From Pseudobdellovibrionaceae bacterium (lineage in GTDB: Bacteria; Bdellovibrionota; Bdellovibrionia; Bdellovibrionales; UBA1609), in NCBI GenBank assembly GCA_020635075.1, contig JACKAM010000001.1, forward strand, positions 1,155,402 to 1,219,401: 64,000 nucleotides of DNA, written 5' to 3'. Shown here piece by piece: positions 44,212-53,174 of this stretch (position 1 is the stretch's first letter; the number at the start of each line of letters is the position of its first letter). The translations under genes and the position numbers were made by a program. The notes under the pieces are model-generated. The model was not told the origin of the DNA. It was given only the letters and a program-made list of their open reading frames with translations, and searched no databases.

Positions 44212-44715
44212 CTATTGATCTAATTTGGCAACTCTCACTTTCTGGGGCCAACCCTCACAGCCCAATTCGCGAATAAAGCTAACCTTCTTTTCCGCATCAA
44301 CATCAATTCGGTATTCATATCCCGATTCACTCTCAAAACAGACTTTCACCTGGCCACCTGAAGCCGGAGTTTCGCAGTCGCCTATAGTGGCCGGTAGCCG
44401 CTGAATTCCCAGGTCGATTTTCTCCCCGGTATCCACTTTGGTGATTTCCATTTCTGCCGTGTCACCAGACTCACGACCTTCCAAATCGAATAACACCACC
44501 CATGCCCCGGCCTCGTTATCGCAGACAGGACCTGTTTCGGATACGCCAGAAAACACGCTCTCCGATCCCAGCCACGACACCACCAAGCGACTGCCACTTT
44601 CTACGATGCCCACATCACCCGCATTGGTGAAAAGGAAACCGACGGCAAAAGTGACAACAAAGCTGATCCCAAAAATATAAAGTCTGAACATCTTGTCCCT
44701 GATCTTTTCTCTCAT
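44212..44715 (-). CDS. Hypothetical membrane-anchored protein
   Basis: Start trimmed to the ATG at 44715. It has a single N-terminal TM segment 'LYIFGISFVVTFAVGFLF'. It sits directly upstream of the VWA lipoprotein on the same strand. Confidence 0.5.
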   Translation of the reverse strand: MREKIRDKMFRLYIFGISFVVTFAVGFLFTNAGDVGIVESGSRLVVSWLGSESVFSGVSETGPVCDNEAGAWVVLFDLEGRESGDTAEMEITKVDTGEKIDLGIQRLPATIGDCETPASGGQVKVCFESESGYEYRIDVDAEKKVSFIRELGCEGWPQKVRVAKLDQ

Positions 44716-44907
44716 TGCTCCACCCAACCAACCCCAACCATCGGGGTTATTCTAAGCTCTATGTGAGCAACGGATGTGCCACTTTTGGGCCCAATAGAGA
44801 ATAGATCGACACCGAAGCTTGTCTAAGCCCTTCGAAAGCGTTTGATTTCTTGTCTCACGTTAAGACATTGACGAAGTGTCAAAAAGATCGGCAACCCTAG
44901 GAGCCGT

Positions 44908-45243
44908 CTAGTTGTTTTTCCAGATGGATCGGCAGTTGCGCAGACGTTCCAACTGTATGCCCTGAGACTTAAAGGTACCCTCGGCGTAACAACGATACTC
45001 CGCCTCACGATTGAGGGCATGGAGTTCTTTCACCACTCCGGGGGACATACCTAGGAGTTTGAGTCCCTCACCCTGCCTCTTAATCCTCCAGGCAGGAGAC
45101 TGGTATCGGACCTCCACTTTAAGAGCCTGTCCAACTCGTTGCTCTTCATCCACTTCCAAAAGTAGACTATCCACTTCGCTGGCGATTTCACTACTGCTGG
45201 CGGACGCCCCAGCAGGAAAACAGAGAAGCGCAATAAACATCAT
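44908..45243 (-). CDS. Small hypothetical secreted protein
   Basis: The listed ORF starts at a GTG (45285). The ATGATG at 45243/45240 gives MMFIALLCFPAGASASSS, which is signal-like. The RBS is weak. Confidence 0.4.
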   Translation of the reverse strand: MMFIALLCFPAGASASSSEIASEVDSLLLEVDEEQRVGQALKVEVRYQSPAWRIKRQGEGLKLLGMSPGVVKELHALNREAEYRCYAEGTFKSQGIQLERLRNCRSIWKNN

Positions 45244-45389
45244 GGCTAAGGTTCTCACATCACTCTCCCGACGTTTTTCAGGCACACAAGGACCAAAAGG
45301 GGCACTTTTTCACGCCTTTAGACCGTCTAAACCCCATTCAAGGGCACAGGAAGCCTAAAAAGCAGGTTTCGTGCCGAAATCGAGAGAAA

Positions 45390-46163
45390 TCAGACTCTTA
45401 AGTCTTCCTGGAGGCTGGCATCAAGCATTTTCCTGGCATAAGCCTCCGCTTGATCCGAATGAAGTTGGGAGAGGAGTTCCATAGAGATCAACACATTTTT
45501 GTTCTCATCCATGCTCACCCTAATTTTGCCTGTCTTTGCCCTATAGGGCGAAAAGTAAAGATGCTTCTCCAAACGCATGACAAAATCCGGGGATGGCGAC
45601 CGATCCCCCAGCGACACATGAAAGTCCAACGGATGAATCATTCCCTTAGCTAGTTTTTTGAGTCCTAGGCGACTGATGGTGCGTGTGGGTACAAAGTAAG
45701 ACTCCCCCTCAGAATTCTGCAGTTGACAGCGGAACAGGCCAACTCTCTGCAGACGACCCTTAGAACCACCGATCTGTATCCAATCCCCCTCTCCCAGGCC
45801 GGCCGTCACCAACATGGCCACAGCCGGCATGAGTCCGCGACTGAATTCCACCAGTAGGACGATGAGCATGGCAACCAATGCCACGAGACCCGCCAATTCG
45901 AAAAGCACACTCCTACGGGCCATGAAAAAGGTGGCGTTAATGACAAAAAACAAGGGAAAGATGAGGTTAAAAACCACGCGCAGGGTGGGCACGTGAAGTC
46001 GTCGCGACCACCCCGTCCTTTCCAGGTGACGCAAGAGGGCCTGTACAGTGAAGAACACGGCAAAGCCCACAGCAATAATCCAAAACAGAGCGGCCAATCC
46101 ATACCAAGAAAACCAGGCCAGTGAACGATCAATCTCTTCGAGCAGATAGGATTTATCTTCCAA
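45390..46163 (-). CDS. MscS-family mechanosensitive channel-like protein
   Basis: Three TM segments are followed by 'GEGDWIQIGGSKGRLQRVGLFRCQLQNSEGESYFVPTRTIS'. This matches the MscS beta-domain pattern (G..v.v.g..G.V..i.l..t.l...dg....iPN). Confidence 0.7.
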   Translation of the reverse strand: MEDKSYLLEEIDRSLAWFSWYGLAALFWIIAVGFAVFFTVQALLRHLERTGWSRRLHVPTLRVVFNLIFPLFFVINATFFMARRSVLFELAGLVALVAMLIVLLVEFSRGLMPAVAMLVTAGLGEGDWIQIGGSKGRLQRVGLFRCQLQNSEGESYFVPTRTISRLGLKKLAKGMIHPLDFHVSLGDRSPSPDFVMRLEKHLYFSPYRAKTGKIRVSMDENKNVLISMELLSQLHSDQAEAYARKMLDASLQEDLRV

Positions 46164-46171
46164 TTTTCCCC

Positions 46172-49100
46172 CTATACCCAGTGGGTGTCCTGAAAGTGAG
46201 TACCAATGGAAAAAGTCAAATCTGGAGGAATCTGATATATGCGCCCATCCCGATCACAACGTGCCACCAAGCCAGTAGCCTCAAGGGAATTCAACTCACG
46301 GCGCAAGATGCGGACATCCCAGATCAGGGATTCCCGTAATTGACCAATTGTCCTTGGGCCATAGCGATAGAGCTCCTTGAGGAGAATCAAAGAGCCTTCA
46401 CTAAAGGCGTCCAAAAATCCAAAGCCTTCAACCATGGATTTATGTAGCGAAATTTGCAATCGATCGCCGGAAACTCCCTCCAGGCTATGGACCCACAGAG
46501 CCAAGGCCAAGCGCAGGTTGCCATGGCTGCGACTCTTAAGAGTGCTAAAGAACAAATGTTCATCCCCAGTCTTCCAAATTTGCTTAATCCGATCCAGGCC
46601 GAGGGAGCTGGCAAATTCAAGCTCCAAGCCACTTAATTTGTGCCGATCATAAATCACTCGTCTCAAGCATTCACCATCTAAAGGTTTGAGTCGAACCACT
46701 TCGGTGAAGACCGAACGCAAATCAAAGGCATCTTGAAAGAGTCCGTAATTGGGGTCACGAATCGTGGCGATCCAACTCACATTCTCAGGGGCCCGGACAA
46801 CAAGATCGCAAAATCGCTCCATGCCCTCATAGCCGGAGGGCTGAAGCCAGTTATCCAGATTGTCGATCATCACAACCATGTTTTGCCGGCGTAACTCACG
46901 CAGAAGGTTGTTGATTGAGGCGTCAGTTCCCAGCTCCGCCCCCAGCGCAGGGAGAATTCGGGTTGTGGTGTGATAAACATCCTGCTCTAAGCGGACGATC
47001 CGCGCATTAGGGAATTCCAACTGACAGATGTTCAGCAGTGAGGTTCGCCCCATTCCGGGCTCCGCCGTCACCAAGAGTCTGCGTCCAATGTTTTGTTGTC
47101 GCCCTTGCCCCAAGACCACATCTAAGGCCTCCCGGTGGGCCGAAAAGAATCTCCGATCCTGTAGAGGGTCCAAAGAAAAAAGCCTCTGGTAAAGCCGCGG
47201 CAACTCTTCTCTGGTTTGGGCGAGATAATGATCTTCGAGATAACTTCTCACAACTTGGGCATCCAGACGACCCTCATGAATCCTCTCCCTTAAGGCGGTG
47301 GCTGCTTGATGGCCCTCCAGTACCTTAAGACTCCTTCGCAGATCTTTGCCCACCCGCCTTGTTTTTTCCCCGATCACCCTTTTGCGGACTTCCCACTTTT
47401 GCGCTAGCCACCCCTGAACCCCGCGAATCCGCGTGGTGGCCGAATCAACAACGCCAGCACGATGGAGGCCTTTCCAAAGTTCCGTATTGGCCTCACCTAT
47501 AAACTGGTGAACATCCTCCTCGGTTTGAGACAGTTGCTTCAGAAAGTCGTTCTCCAAATCCGAAATCTTATCAATGGCCCTGGCCACCGCACCTTCAGCA
47601 TTGGATTTGGCCTCCGCAAACTCTTCGGCTGCACTTCCGTGTGTTGACTCCAAGGAGTATTCAAGAACATTAAGAGCGTCCTCACACTCCACTGCCAAGG
47701 ACTCATTAAATCCAAAGACCCTTTCCATTCGTGACTCAATGAGAGGCAGGACTTCAATCAAAACCGACTCGTGGAAGTTGTTGTCCAGATTGATACTGAT
47801 GACATCCAATTCCTGAGGCCTATAGACATCTCGACCAATGGAATCCTCAGTCAAAATCTCGAGCTCTCGCTGATGGACCGGCAGGCGCTCACGGATGGCA
47901 TGGGTCAAATCGCGATTGAGAAGTCGATTGCTACCGAGGGAAAGAGATCTGAATCTCAGCTTCCGCAAGCAGTCCGCTCCCACGGCGCGGATATTGTTTT
48001 CCATAGCTTTGACATCAACCTGAGTTTCGGGAGTGATTGTGGCAAGACGTTTTTTGACTTCAGCCAAATGTCCCTTTAATTCCCCACAGACGTGATGGAC
48101 CATTTCCCGTGCACCTTCCAATGGTTGTAGACATCGGCCCTCGATAATCTCGTCCACAACTTTCTGGATATAGCCCGTCATCAGGTGAGCTCGTAGAGTA
48201 TTATTAACAAAGAGAAACTTTTCTTCCCAAAGTTTCACGTCTGCTTCGGCACCGTGGAGATAACGACTGACCTCTGGTTCAGCCAGGGAAAACCTCACCT
48301 CATCACTTCTCAAAAATGGACTGCCCACATTATTTAGTGACCAGCTCAACCCCCGACCTGCCTTTGAAAGCATAAAACGAAAATCCGACTGCGCCAGGTC
48401 CAGGCTCCCCTTTAACAACTCCTGACATTTTGTCCAGATCTCCTTCTCCTCCACATTGCCTGCTACCAAGCCACGACGAACCTCCTCGGTGATCAGATAT
48501 ACCGCACGAATCCAATTGTTAGAAAAGGTCCAACTAAACTGAGACAATGCCGGACACAGGTGATAGCGGACAATGGATTGGAGGGGAACCTCACGGCGCA
48601 GAGGTCGATGCTTAGGGTTCAAAAACAGTTTGAACCGCAATCCCATCTTTTTGATTCGAATGGACCAACTGTCTCCCGTCTGCCAGCGAAAATGCTCCTC
48701 TCGGAAGGGAACCGTCACTACCGAGGACTGTTGCAGGAGCAAACCGTCTTGCTTCTGATAGAGAGATAATACCGCTTTTGCCCTTTGTCTCAAACGAAAG
48801 GTCTGCTCCTCCATGGCATCCAAAATCTCATCATTAAATACTCCTTTGCTGCCAATATGACTCTGAAGATCTTCGATCACGCCAGAAACCAAAGGCTGAA
48901 AACGCGCTCCCATTAGGTCCTCAAAACCCTGTTCCAATTGCGCGAACAAATCCTTTGCTCTTGTGCGAACCTCCTCATCATGCACATCCCTTAAATCGAG
49001 GGAAGGGTGCAAATCTGAGACTTCAATTGGGGCCAGCTCTGTCCTTTCCCCGTGGGCAGATTGATCCTCAGTGGCGACCCGGGGTATCGTCGCCTGAAGG

Positions 49101-50365
49101 GCTTGTCTCAGCGTCACCGGGCCCACTAACAGATTCAATGCCACCATGCCCATTCCAACCAATTCAATGGGGCCTGCCAGAGCGGGCAACTCATGGGCCG
49201 CCACTCCGACGAGGCCCAGAGTCACCCCCGCCTGAGGCAGATAGGCCAACCATGAACTTTCTGTAACTTTGGAATTCTCGCCACCCAACTTCGATCCCCA
49301 CCGGGATGAAAAATAGTAGGAAATTGCCCGCAGAGCAAACAGCAGCAGAGCCAAGAGCCCCACACTTTTAACCCCACTCAAATCCAAGGCGGCTCCGGCA
49401 TTGGTAAAAAACACGATAAATACAGGAAGGCTGATTTTTTCCAAAGGTCGATGAAGCTCACCCTCCCACTTGGAAAAGTTCCCCACCACCATGCCTGCAA
49501 TAATAAACACTAAAAGTAATTCCAGCTTGAAGGCAGCACTCAGCTCGGCCACACCAAGAATGGTTGCTGCCACAAACAGCAGCATCTCTCGGCGAACAAA
49601 ATGCAAATAAAGCATCAGCAGTCCACCCAATACTCCGCCAGCAAGCAGAGATAGGCCGAGTTCAATCAAAAGATGCACCACAACCGAGGCATGACTCGCG
49701 GTTTGACCTCCATCATCATCAGTAAGCACTCCCGCCATCGCCAATACAAAGGCCAACACCAACACCACTATCAAATCTTTGGCTACTGCCATGCCCAAGA
49801 CCAAATCGGTCATTCGCCCCTTGGACTGAGCCTCGTTGGTAACCGCCAAAGCAATTGCGGGAGACGTGCCAATGGAGAGAGCCGCAAAGATCATTGCCAA
49901 GGCCAAATCCGCCATAGCACTGCCAGTGGCAATGATTTGAAACTGCCGCTGTACAAGGAAAAAGCCACCGCCCACCAGTAATGCCAGAGTGATGATCTTA
50001 AAGCCAATGGTCGCCAGCAGAGTCTTAGAAACCTGACGCAAAGATTCAAAACGCAACTCCAACCCAGCATTCAAGGCAATGAGCCCCAAAGCCAGGGTGC
50101 TAAACATCTTAATATCCTCAACGACTGATGTACTGAGGACATTCATCACTCCAGGGCCCAAAATGACACCTGCCAAAATGTAACCCGTCACCTTCGGCAA
50201 TTTAAACCGGCCGGCAATTTCAGAGGCCGAATAGGCCGCCAGGAGCACAAAGCCAACACTGGCCAAAAACAAGGGTACCCCTCCCGTTTGCGCCACTCCC
50301 AAGGTCTTCAAGGCAATCATTGCCGCGAGAAGAATTCCAAGTACCACGACTTGTCTAAACACCAA
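46172..50365 (-). CDS. Fusion protein: CPA2-type cation/proton antiporter + ~670-aa unknown helical region + P-loop NTPase (ATPase_2/AAA_16-like) + winged helix
   Basis: A single 1397-codon ORF. The N-terminus 'KLPKVTGYILAGVILGP' plus about 12 hydrophobic segments (~aa 1-420) is Na_H_Exchanger-like. The C-terminal 303 aa carries 'LLVTAEPGMGRTSLLN' (Walker A, R for K), 'MVVMIDNLDNW' (Walker B) and 'GPRTIGQLRESL...LNSLEATGLVARCDRDGRIYQI' (wHTH-like). Confidence 0.8.
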   Translation of the reverse strand: MVFRQVVVLGILLAAMIALKTLGVAQTGGVPLFLASVGFVLLAAYSASEIAGRFKLPKVTGYILAGVILGPGVMNVLSTSVVEDIKMFSTLALGLIALNAGLELRFESLRQVSKTLLATIGFKIITLALLVGGGFFLVQRQFQIIATGSAMADLALAMIFAALSIGTSPAIALAVTNEAQSKGRMTDLVLGMAVAKDLIVVLVLAFVLAMAGVLTDDDGGQTASHASVVVHLLIELGLSLLAGGVLGGLLMLYLHFVRREMLLFVAATILGVAELSAAFKLELLLVFIIAGMVVGNFSKWEGELHRPLEKISLPVFIVFFTNAGAALDLSGVKSVGLLALLLFALRAISYYFSSRWGSKLGGENSKVTESSWLAYLPQAGVTLGLVGVAAHELPALAGPIELVGMGMVALNLLVGPVTLRQALQATIPRVATEDQSAHGERTELAPIEVSDLHPSLDLRDVHDEEVRTRAKDLFAQLEQGFEDLMGARFQPLVSGVIEDLQSHIGSKGVFNDEILDAMEEQTFRLRQRAKAVLSLYQKQDGLLLQQSSVVTVPFREEHFRWQTGDSWSIRIKKMGLRFKLFLNPKHRPLRREVPLQSIVRYHLCPALSQFSWTFSNNWIRAVYLITEEVRRGLVAGNVEEKEIWTKCQELLKGSLDLAQSDFRFMLSKAGRGLSWSLNNVGSPFLRSDEVRFSLAEPEVSRYLHGAEADVKLWEEKFLFVNNTLRAHLMTGYIQKVVDEIIEGRCLQPLEGAREMVHHVCGELKGHLAEVKKRLATITPETQVDVKAMENNIRAVGADCLRKLRFRSLSLGSNRLLNRDLTHAIRERLPVHQRELEILTEDSIGRDVYRPQELDVISINLDNNFHESVLIEVLPLIESRMERVFGFNESLAVECEDALNVLEYSLESTHGSAAEEFAEAKSNAEGAVARAIDKISDLENDFLKQLSQTEEDVHQFIGEANTELWKGLHRAGVVDSATTRIRGVQGWLAQKWEVRKRVIGEKTRRVGKDLRRSLKVLEGHQAATALRERIHEGRLDAQVVRSYLEDHYLAQTREELPRLYQRLFSLDPLQDRRFFSAHREALDVVLGQGRQQNIGRRLLVTAEPGMGRTSLLNICQLEFPNARIVRLEQDVYHTTTRILPALGAELGTDASINNLLRELRRQNMVVMIDNLDNWLQPSGYEGMERFCDLVVRAPENVSWIATIRDPNYGLFQDAFDLRSVFTEVVRLKPLDGECLRRVIYDRHKLSGLELEFASSLGLDRIKQIWKTGDEHLFFSTLKSRSHGNLRLALALWVHSLEGVSGDRLQISLHKSMVEGFGFLDAFSEGSLILLKELYRYGPRTIGQLRESLIWDVRILRRELNSLEATGLVARCDRDGRIYQIPPDLTFSIGTHFQDTHWV

Positions 50366-50371
50366 TTACTC

Positions 50372-51817
50372 CTAACGCCGCCAACACTCCGGATAAAACA
50401 CGGCAAACAAAACAAATATCTCCAGACGTCCCGCAATCATCAAAAAACTTAAGGCCATCTTGCCCAAGGCAGGGATAAACTCATAGTTCTGCAGTGGCCC
50501 GACACCGGAGAGTCCGGGACCTACACTCGATAAGCAAGCCACAACCGAACTCATGGCCGTCATCAGGTCCAATCCCAAAAAAACCATTAAGATTGACCCA
50601 AACGCAAAGAGCAGAAAGTAAGCGCAAAAAAACAATAAAATGCCATTAACCACATAGCCCGGAATTGTTGCTCCCCCTAGGCGGAACGAAAAAACTGCTT
50701 GAGGATGAAGCACTGAGCGAAGTTCGTGAAGAACTGCCCGATACATGACAAAGACCCGGGAGGCCTTCAGTCCACCAGCTGTTGATCCGGCACTTGCCCC
50801 AATAAACATACACACAAACAGCAGGAACCTAGCCAAATTTGGGTAGGCATCGAAGTCTTCGGTCATCAATCCAGTGGTCGTAGTAACAGCGACAGTCTGA
50901 AACAAACTGTAACGGAGAGACTCAAAAAAACCGCCATGGCGGTCTAAGGTCAAAAGGGTGATCACTCCACCCACCAGCAGATTGATCCCAAGGAAAAATC
51001 GCAATTCGTAATTACGCCAAAAGGATCTTAGCTGTCCTTTGATGAGACCATAGTAAAGACCAAAGTTAAGACCTCCCAGCAGCATGAACACAATAGAGAT
51101 CCAATCAATAACCGGACTTCTAAAAGCCCCAATACTTGCCCCACGCGTGGAAAACCCACCCGTCGATAAAATCGAAAAGGCATGACAAAAACTCTCAAAA
51201 AGATTCATTCCAGCCAAATGAAGAAGGACAAGACAAATACTGGTTAACCCGGCGTAAATCCACCATAACCGCAAAGCTGTTTGCCGAATACGTGGCTTCA
51301 AATCCTCTGACACGGGGCCTGGAGCCTCCGTGCGAAACAACTGTTTGGCCCCGACTCCCATTTGAGGAAATACGGCCACAAACAGCACGACAATCCCCAT
51401 GCCGCCAATCCAGTGAGACAAACACCTCCACAGATTTGTCGACCGACTCAAGCCATCCACATCTGCCACAACCGTCGCGCCAGTCGTAGTAAAGCCAGAG
51501 ACTGCCTCAAAGATGGAGCTGGAAAGGGAGGGGATGGCGCCCTCCAAATAAAAAGGCAATCCACCAAAAAAGCCCAGGGCAATCCAAATAAAAGCCACTA
51601 CGCCAAAGGCATCTTTGCGGTGGATCTCCGCCTTTGCCCTGCCTCCTACCTTTCTCAACACCAAAGCCACGATCACAACCAGCACTGCGGTCATACCGTA
51701 GGCAAAAACACCATCACCATTGTTGTCAATGACGGCCACTGCAAGAGGGGCCACCAAAAACAAAGCCAATAGCATCAACAAAGAAGACACATATAAACAA
51801 ACGACTCTTAGATTCAA
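50372..51817 (-). CDS. trkH: Trk-type K+ uptake membrane subunit TrkH
   Basis: 481 aa, polytopic. Selectivity-filter-like repeats 'SGFTTTGATV', 'LSTGGFS', 'VTTTTGLMT' and 'STAGGLK' are present. TTG start. It lies 10 nt after trkA. Confidence 0.9.
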   Translation of the reverse strand: MNLRVVCLYVSSLLMLLALFLVAPLAVAVIDNNGDGVFAYGMTAVLVVIVALVLRKVGGRAKAEIHRKDAFGVVAFIWIALGFFGGLPFYLEGAIPSLSSSIFEAVSGFTTTGATVVADVDGLSRSTNLWRCLSHWIGGMGIVVLFVAVFPQMGVGAKQLFRTEAPGPVSEDLKPRIRQTALRLWWIYAGLTSICLVLLHLAGMNLFESFCHAFSILSTGGFSTRGASIGAFRSPVIDWISIVFMLLGGLNFGLYYGLIKGQLRSFWRNYELRFFLGINLLVGGVITLLTLDRHGGFFESLRYSLFQTVAVTTTTGLMTEDFDAYPNLARFLLFVCMFIGASAGSTAGGLKASRVFVMYRAVLHELRSVLHPQAVFSFRLGGATIPGYVVNGILLFFCAYFLLFAFGSILMVFLGLDLMTAMSSVVACLSSVGPGLSGVGPLQNYEFIPALGKMALSFLMIAGRLEIFVLFAVFYPECWRR

Positions 51818-51827
51818 CTTCTCACTC

Positions 51828-53174
51828 CTAAGATCCTAGAACCCGTTTTAGAGTGCGACTGAGTTCATTGATCTTTGCGGAATCCACCGCAAATAGCAAA
51901 TGACTGTCGGGAGCCAACCGCAATGCTGGTTCTAATGGCGCGAATTCTTCGTGGCGAGAAACAGCAAGAAGGTGGCAGTCAGAGGGCCAACTCAAATCTC
52001 CAAGACGAACCTCTCCTCCATGCCAACTTTCCGGAATATGGACCTCGGCAATCTCGTGATGGCACGAAGGCAGAGATTTGCGTTGTACAATCCAGTCGGG
52101 GGTGGTCAGCATGTGGATGTGTTTACCCACCAACTCATGGGAACTCGCGGTCCCGGTGACGCCGAGGCGATCGTACACCTGGGCATAGCCGGGGCGGTGA
52201 ACCAGAGCAAATGTAGCAGCAACACCCAACTCCTTTCCCAATAGAGAACTCATCAAATTCACCTCGTCGGCACGAGTCACAGCAAGCAGACAATTGGCTG
52301 CCTCCACATGCTCATCGTGAAGCATGGAAATATTGGTTCCATCGCCATGAACAACGGTGACGCTTTCCAACTCTTCAGAAATTCGCTGGCAGCGGGAGCG
52401 ATTAACATCGATGACCATCATCTTGCCACATTCGGCCTGAAGACCCTGGGCCAATTGAAATCCAACATCCCCACCGCCAATGATCACAGTCCGCTTGCCA
52501 CCAAAGCGGTCACTCAGTCGGCGTAAGGCCACGCCAAAGGATTCGGCAGACCCGCACACGAGAAGCCTGTCGCCTTCATAAACCCGGCTGATTTCTTCGA
52601 CCCGGCGAAATGTGTTTTCCCGCAGGACACCGGCAATTCTGGTTTGCTTCCCAAGCTCGATCTCACTCGGAGGTTTATCCAAGTGGCGAAATCCATCCGC
52701 CACTTCAGCCACCCCGATGTTGATAGAATTTAAGGCGAAATTGCCCACGAACTCGCAGTCCAGCTGACGAACTCGACGAATCAGCTCGCTGCTCACCAGG
52801 CGAGAAGCACACAAAATTGCTGAGACACCCAGGACGTTTCGGTCTACTCCACGGGGGTTGAGATAAAAAGCGGGGGCATCAACACGCGCCACAGATTTTT
52901 TAACTGCCACCTCGCGTGCCAAAGAGGCACTCACCATATTGACCTCATCAATGCCTGTCACGGACACAAACAAATCACAATTCTCGATCCTCGCTTTCTT
53001 GAGTACCGGCCGGAAGGTGGCATTCCCACAGAGAGTCATGACATCCAGATTTTCCTCAACTCGCTTTAGAGCCTCGGGTGATTGGTCAATCACTGTCACT
53101 TCATTGCCTGCTGCACTGAAGTTAGCCGCTAAAAAAGTTCCCACATCACCTGCACCGACAACCACGACTCTCAT
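51828..53174 (-). CDS. trkA: Trk system NAD-binding subunit TrkA (tandem RCK)
   Basis: Two Rossmann starts, 'MRVVVVGAGDVGTFLA' and 'VIIGGGDVGFQLAQ', are each followed by RCK_C-like segments. 448 aa is typical of TrkA. Confidence 0.9.
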   Translation of the reverse strand: MRVVVVGAGDVGTFLAANFSAAGNEVTVIDQSPEALKRVEENLDVMTLCGNATFRPVLKKARIENCDLFVSVTGIDEVNMVSASLAREVAVKKSVARVDAPAFYLNPRGVDRNVLGVSAILCASRLVSSELIRRVRQLDCEFVGNFALNSINIGVAEVADGFRHLDKPPSEIELGKQTRIAGVLRENTFRRVEEISRVYEGDRLLVCGSAESFGVALRRLSDRFGGKRTVIIGGGDVGFQLAQGLQAECGKMMVIDVNRSRCQRISEELESVTVVHGDGTNISMLHDEHVEAANCLLAVTRADEVNLMSSLLGKELGVAATFALVHRPGYAQVYDRLGVTGTASSHELVGKHIHMLTTPDWIVQRKSLPSCHHEIAEVHIPESWHGGEVRLGDLSWPSDCHLLAVSRHEEFAPLEPALRLAPDSHLLFAVDSAKINELSRTLKRVLGS

